A stretch of 41,208 bases of DNA, taken from contig JAAOMT010000698.1 in NCBI GenBank assembly GCA_016748015.1, forward strand, positions 22,554 through 63,761. The letters are read 5' to 3'. The stretch comes from Geosiphon pyriformis uo1. Its lineage: Eukaryota > Fungi > Glomeromycota. A program made the position numbers and the translations under genes. Position 1 is the first letter of the stretch; each line of letters starts with the position of its first letter. Under the pieces are notes generated by a model. That model worked only from the letters and a program-made list of their open reading frames with translations, did no database searches and was not told the DNA's origin. Positions 34,470 through 41,208 of the stretch are shown piece by piece.

Positions 34470-36156
34470 TAATCAGTCTTTGAGCAAGTACTTGATAATA
34501 TTGTATGGGTGGTTGTTGGTATTGCTGTTGGATTGGCTGTGGAACAGGCTGATAATAGTTACTTGAGTATTGGGGTCTTGGTGGATAGTAAGCTGGTAGT
34601 GGTGGTTAATAATAAGATGGCTGTGGTGGAGGATAACGTTGATTACTCCTATTTTGTTGGTCTTGTTGTAGCTTTCTGCAATCTCTTTTCCAGTGGCTGG
34701 AGATTCCACAGTAATGACAATTCTGAGGCTGGTTATTAGGAAGTGGTGCAAAGTTATTTTGATTTCATTTTTGGGGTGGTTAATATCTTTGGGGTTGCTA
34801 TTGTTGTTGATTGGTGAAATAGTTTTCAACCTTCTTTGTGAGTTGGTCAATTTTTTCTTCAGCTGCTGAGCTGGTTTTTCCAATTGCCAAATTTACAAGT
34901 TTTGTGCAATTGGCCTCTTCTATGGCCATTTCATATCTTTTTGTATGCTGTATGGCAGAGTTTAAATCTTCTGGGACATATGGGTGAACCTTTTTAATTA
35001 GTTTATCTTTGAGACCAGCGATAAATTGATCCAAGATTTGAGTATTGGAGTAATAATCATTTGTTTTGAGTTGGCAAATTTGTCTGAGAAGTTTGTTGAA
35101 TTTCCCAATATAAGTCATGACAGATTTAGAGGGTTCTTGTTTGATATTGCGAAAACAATTTCAAAGTGTAATTGAGATGTTGTTATCGGTGAATTGTTCT
35201 AGGAAGACAGTTTTGAAAGCTGTCCAGTCATTAAAAGGGGTGGTCAAGTTTTCAAACCATTTGCCTGCTATTTTTTTGAGAAAGTAGGGAATTGTTCTTA
35301 ACATTCTGGCAGCATTCCATCCATTTGCATCTCCAGCTTTAGTAACTTGGTCGAGCCATTCTTGGGGACTGGTCTCAATGTCTTCTTTATTGAATTCAGG
35401 GATTTTTGCAATATATGCTGTCATTTTGTCTTCTTCGTTTTCACTGTCTATTGATTCTTCTTTAGATATTTCAGAGTCGTTTTCTTTGTTTGCTACTGTT
35501 TTAGAGTGTTCACTTTGATTTTCAGCTAGAAAGTCAAGAAGATTGGAACTAGTTTGAAGGGGTTCTTGTTGTTTGGTGGGACTTCTAGGTGATGTAAAAT
35601 CTTCTAGTCTTGCAAATCGATTTAAGAATGAGTTAGGTGTTTGTGCTTGTGCAAGTAAAGCTGGAAAAGATGTAATAGTAAGTGAAAGTTTTGAACTGGT
35701 TCCTTGTTCAGGTGTTTGTAAGTGTTTGGTAGTTGTTTTTGGTTGTATTGGGGTATTTGGGGTGGTTTTTGAATATTGCTTCAGTTTGTGTTTGCCTTTG
35801 TTGCTTGTTTCTGTCTTCAATTCAAAATCAATAGTGTATTGAGACTGCACTAGATATGTTTCTTTACAGTACTTGATAATGTTAAAATTAAGTTCTTGAA
35901 AGTAAGTGGCAAGTGTTTCACTGTTAAGGTCTTCAGTTCTCAACTGTGAATAGTGTGCTAAATTATTGTAAAAGTTGCTTCTAACTTCTGAGATATTGTA
36001 ATTTCCAAAAAGATAATTGTTGATGTGGTTTTCAATGTATTGGTATACTGATTTCTTGACAACTTCAATTCCATCTGGAATGTTGAATCTTTGTTTGCAG
36101 TGAGTGTAAATTGACTGGTAGTACTCTAAAGTTGTTGCATCTGGTGTGGTCGCCAC
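34470..36156 (-). pseudogene. gag (capsid region + CCHC zinc knuckle)
   Basis: IPEFN..SPQEWL..ANGW..AGKWF..FKTVFL..F; QFIAGL; CHYCGISSHWKRDC at 34678-34719. Confidence 0.9.
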
Positions 36157-36201
36157 TTTGAATTTGTTTTTGCTGTGTTGTTTCAGTGGGAGAGCACCAA
36201 A

Positions 36202-37162
36202 TGTTACTGGAGGTTTTTGGTCTCTTCTTGGCTCTTGTATGTTTGTTGTAATGCTGTTAATTCACGACTATGGGAAGTGCTTGAACCTCCGATAACTGAA
36301 TTTATTTTCAAATTATCTCCTATAATTTGAACTGCTGGGCTTATAAGTGGAATGACCAATTCCATGCCAGTTACTTTGTATAGTTACATTGTAGTAAATG
36401 TCAACTCTTTCCCAGGAATTGTTTGTCTGGAAGCTCACTAAATGTGTAGTTATTTTGCTGTGAAAGTCAACTTTTTTACAGGAATCTCATCTGTAGGCTA
36501 CTTTAATGATTATAATAAGAAAATAAAAAAATGAAAATAAAAGAAATGTAAAAGGAATAGAATTCTGCCAAGAGAAACGTTTTCTATCCAGGCCTGGAGT
36601 CACTAACAGTTTACTGAAATTGGTAGCTAATCAATTTCAAAACATTAGTTGGGTTTTGGGGATTTTTCAAGTGCAATAATTAAAAAATTTGGTTTTTCGA
36701 ATTATTTGGTATTTATTTCTTTTTGTGTGTGTAAGAATGGTTCTAAGTAATAAATCTAAAATAAGATGCATTTTCTCGAAGAGAAGAGCTCTTCTTTTAT
36801 ACAACTTGTCATAACACTATTCTATGAACTTGAACTTTGCTATTTTCTATAATTTCACTAAACTAAAGATATATTTCGGCAAACTATAAGTTATTTCTGC
36901 AAACTATTAGATATTTTGGCAAACTATTAATTATTTTGGCGAACTTTTTGAATGTTACATAGTTTGGGGTATTGCATGATTGATCATCACAATTAGGTTA
37001 CATTTGTGTTATGCACAAATTGGGTTATTAATTAAATGATAATTTCGGATATTTTGCTAATGTAATAAGTGATAATTTGAAATGATAATATATGCTAATT
37101 AATGATAAAATTTATAAAGGTAATTCCATGTTAAACAATATCTTTAATTTTGTCTGGTAACA
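36202..37162 (-). repeat. 5' LTR (family A), 961 bp, with PBS at ~36183-36199
   Basis: TGTTACT...GGTAACA; followed on the minus strand by TTTGGTGCTCTCCCAC. Confidence 0.92.
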
Positions 37163-40030
37163 CCAAGAAGATTTTTTCTAAAATTTTCTTAAATCAGATT
37201 TTTTTTGTCTACAATTGTTTTGGTGTGTTTTGTGGAAACAACTTTTCTGTCTTAAAAGATATTTCAACACAATTACTTATTTTTACTGTTAGATCTGTGG
37301 TTAAAATGTTTTAAAAAAGAACAAAAAAATTTAGTTGGGTTTATAGAACATGCAAAAAGTGTATAATTCTGTTGGCTGAGCTTATTTAAGAGCTAATTTA
37401 TAGTGTATTAAAATATGCAAAAAGTTTATTGGTTTTTTTGGTACTATTTATAAGAATAAAATAAATAAAATTATGACAGATTGTGGTTTTTCTGATAATT
37501 ATTAGGTGCATAATAGTCTGAATAAGGGTAAAATGTTTTCTTTTCTTCTTTGAAAAATTTTTTTATGATTATTTTATGTATAAGATAAAGAAACATGAAC
37601 ATTTATGTAGATACTATATTAATACTAGTTTTATTGTTAAAACAGATAAGATTGAAGCCAAAAGTGAAAGAATTTTTTTCTTTACAGCTAATGTTTTTGT
37701 TGATAATACTATTTGAATTGGAAACAGTTTGGCATCTACACAATATATATTAAACATTGCCAGTGAATTTTTTTTGATCAATGATATTTCAAATAACAAT
37801 AATAAGACCATGACTATACCTATTAATCATAGAATCAAGAATTTTATTTTGAAGATCAATGATTTGTCAATTTCAATTGTCAAAAATAGTAAGTTACATA
37901 AATACTTGAGGATTTTTTTGTCAACTGAAAATATATTCAGATCTAATTTAGTTTAAAACTTACTCTTATATCAAGTTTTTCTTTAATGTGGTGTTGAAAA
38001 AAGTGATTACTAATAAACAGTTCTTATATTTAGTGTCAGCAGTTTTACAGTCTATTGTTAATTACTGGTTACAGTTTAGTTTTGTTTTATTCAGTATATA
38101 TTATAAATAAAATACTATGATCAAAAAGGATCTCAAGCTGAAGACCAATTTGCTGAGAGATTTTTCCAATAAGACTTTGCATTATTTATTTATGTATAAT
38201 TTAAAGTCTTTTAACCAGATTTAGGCTGAAGAGAAGTTAACTTTATTGGTTACTTTTTTTAATATTCCTGGTATTTTTAGGCATTTATTTGAATATAGGT
38301 TTTTGGATTTGCAGATCTTAGAATAAACTCTTTTAAATCCTTTGCAATTTTTTGTTAAGCTGTATATTAGTCCAGTAAACAATTTTTTAACTGGAATAAT
38401 AAAAATTCTCTTACTTAATAAGTTATCTATAATAAACAATTTGTCTAATGCATTCTGCAATCTGGGAAATTTTTTAATGTTAGATATTTTGGGTGAGTTC
38501 TTGTACTATAATTTAATGTGCTCTTCAAAGCAGTTTAGTATCACATTTGATAACAGATTTCTGGACAAAAAAAATAGTGTGATAAATTAAAAAACTTTTT
38601 AATATTAAAAAAATTGGATTCCAAGAGTGTTGTGTCTTATTGGTTTAACTTGACTTTGAGATTTTTGCATAATAATAGTGCTTTAAAGTTAAATTCTATG
38701 GAGACTGATGGTTTTCTTGATACAAATGTTTTAAAATCTGCTGGGTTTTTTAAAGTGCATAATAGTTTGTTTAAAATTTGGTTGAGTGCTATTAAGATAT
38801 ATATGAATGGTTTTTTAAGGAACATAGATTGCTGATAGAGCTGTAGCATATTTTTTTGTGGTGAATATGAAAATTGCTGTTGTAATTTATAGATTTCTGT
38901 CTTCTATAATGGCTAAACTATAGGCTGTAGCATTGTTCTTAATATGCATTTTATTTTCTTGTACAATAATAGTGTATTTGAACAGTTAGACTGCTATTAA
39001 TACTTGTGTTTTTAAGATTAAATTTACTAAGTTGGACTTTGACAATTAATATTGAATGAAGAGAAAACATATTGTCAAATTAATAAAGATTAAACATCTT
39101 TCAATTTAATAGATAAAGATTAAAGTTTATTCAAGTGTTTTTGACAATATTAAAACTAATTCTTTGGCAAAAATGGCTGTTTCTTCTTTCTTTTTTTTTG
39201 CCAATTAGGGTGGTTAAATATATTGTTATGGCTAAAGGCATAATTATGTCTAACAACACTTATTATTTTGTTTGTGATATTTATAGATTAATTAATTGTG
39301 CTCAGTAGAAGACTGGCCTTAGTTACAATATTTTTTTTAATTTCTTAATTAATAAGATAAATTGGATATCTACTATACAGATTTGATACTCTAATTCTTA
39401 TATGCTATCTGAGTTTATTAACAAATAGTTGGCTAATTTGTGTACTTATTTGATAAAAGCTATACATAAATGTTTGCCAGTAGTTGTTAGAAAAAAATTG
39501 TATAACAAGTTGTATTCTCAAGTTTTGTGTTTGTTTTGTGGAGAAATTGAGTTATTAAATTATGTTTTTACTTATATTAATAATGCTAACATTTAAGAAG
39601 AAATTTTGTTAAAGACTTCAGACATCTAGATTTTGTTGATTAGAATTTGTGGCTTTTTTTTTGCTGTTTTGAAAACTTTTTTTGAGTACTCATTAAATGT
39701 GAGATTGTATATAGTAATTGGTAAAGACTTTGTATTGAAACATTAGTGTAATAAGACTATTGTAATTCTTAAAAAAAAAGGACAAGCTATTATAGTAGTG
39801 GTTAGATTTGTAAAGTATTTGGTAAAAAAACATCATTTAAGAATTTGGTTTATAAAGTCTAAGCATAAGATAGATATAAAGAGGACTGGTTTAATAAAAA
39901 ATGATAATATCTGAATTGTTTTGTAATTTGGCTGGAAGTTTGTCAAATAGAGTGATTTATTTGCTTAGTATTATTGAGTTTTTTGCTATTAGCTTTGGCA
40001 AATATAAGCCATGTACTTTTTTTTCTAATT
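37163..40030 (+). mobile_element. Decayed LINE ORF2 3' half (RT, RNase H, C-terminal Cys/His knuckle)
   Basis: FVDNTI*IG (RT catalytic motif relic) ~37695; HKYLRIFL; IYMNGFL (RNase H YTDGS relic) ~38800; CLFCGEIE ~39530; right boundary approximate. Confidence 0.7.
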
Positions 40031-40289
40031 TAAGTAGTTATGCTAGTGTTTATGTAGATGTATAGTATTGTTTTGTCTGGCTTAAGTGGTTGGTCACATG
40101 TAGCTAATACATGAGTTATGTTTAGTTACAATTACTTAATTTGATTCTGTATGTTAGATAGTAATTGGATTTCATTTGTCAATTATTAATTAAAAAAATA
40201 CATATAACCAATTATCTGGCCAATTAAAATAATATTATACAATTATGTTAATTAAAATTTTTTTAACTGTATCTGTAAAAAACAGACAA

Positions 40290-41208
40290 TTTATTCTTAA
40301 TTCAAAATTAATAACATGACTCTTTTTAATCTTAACAAAAAAGCAACTTTACTTAAAATTTTAACAAAAAAGCTATAAACAATATCAAATATAAAACTAT
40401 TTTTATTTAACAAACTTTTATAATCTATTTTAGCTTAAAGTTTCAAATTAAATATTCATATCTACTTTTTATGACCAATAACCAAATCCTAAATAAACTC
40501 AATTAATTTAGACATAATAAGCTTAGTATTTTTAAAAAAAGCCTTAGTTTTTATCAACCAATTCTCAAAAACAAATCTTTTGCACAAATTATATACAAAT
40601 TAATATTAGAAACACATATAATTAATAACTAAAAAACTATAAATAAAGTCAAATTTGCATTAATTAAAAATTACTAAATAATAGAATGTTTATTCAATAG
40701 ATTCTAATAAACAAAAAAATTTGAGCTGTAAACAAAACTATAATTTAAAAACTTTACTTTATTACAATACACATATAATATACTTGAATAACTGTAATTG
40801 TATAAGTGCTTTTTAACTACTATTGGCAATCTTTTATGTAAAGTCTTTATTAAATACATATATAAGGTAATAGTGACTTTGTTTATGTATTCAACAGCCA
40901 TATAAAAATTAGGATGCCAAACTAAAACAGTATATTTCCAATTAATATTATTAACATACAAAAAATTCATAACATCAAAGTTCAATTTAACTTTTTATTG
41001 AAAATATTTTATAGTATTATTCATAGTTCTAATAAAATAATAAATATTATTAGATATTATTTTATTATTAGCTATTAGAAAAAAATTTTTAATATTTACT
41101 AAAAAAACAATCCTTAAAAAGATAGTTCAATCTGCCAACTTATTAGCATGTTTATTGTTTAATACATTCAAATAACTTTTTATCTTGGTTTAATTTACAG
41201 AAATATTT
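40290..41208 (-). mobile_element. Second LINE ORF2 C-terminal fragment in opposite orientation
   Basis: IKTLHKRLPIVVKKHLYN..YC parallels IKAIHKCLPVVVRKKLYN..FC at ~39455-39540. Confidence 0.6.

Larger units (their letters stand above)
27466..37162 (-). mobile_element. Near full-length Ty3/gypsy (Metaviridae) family A element, ~9.7 kb, pseudogenised, dUTPase-bearing, no chromodomain seen
   Basis: Two LTRs, PBS, PPT and domain order gag-PR-(Cys-rich)-dUT-RT-RH-IN-ORF3. Confidence 0.95.

Noticed and set aside
12064-40030. LINE 5' part (12 kb) and 3' part (37 kb) as one element split by insertions, implying the NTPase gene jumped in
   Set aside because: Very different decay levels, no TSD/TIR seen around the gene, and continuity cannot be shown

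Overview
AT-rich eukaryotic (intron-containing) DNA, most likely from a Glomeromycotina/Mucoromycota-type fungus; the taxon is an inference from repeat style, not a search. Roughly 90% of the window is a stack of nested, C>T/G>A-decayed retroelements. These are two Ty3/gypsy lineages ('A' and 'B', both with gag-protease-Cys-rich domain-dUTPase-RT-RNaseH and an extra ORF before the PPT), a solo LTR with a 4-bp TSD, and RNase H-containing LINE relics. The most complete element is a 9.7-kb A copy (27466-37162, minus) whose flanks do not match. One intact, multi-exon gene (15125 to >18128, minus) encodes a coiled-coil + P-loop NTPase + PD-(D/E)xK nuclease protein resembling Crinkler-type NTPase-REase effectors. 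Highlights: that gene; a conserved uncharacterised ORF3 and Cys-rich domain in the gypsies; a tandem covarying double-hairpin RNA motif in LTR-A; a PBS-complementary motif in U5 of three LTR types; and gap-flanking duplicates differing only by transitions. There are four assembly gaps (18129-19090, 19578-19597, 22089-22108, 23923-24142).
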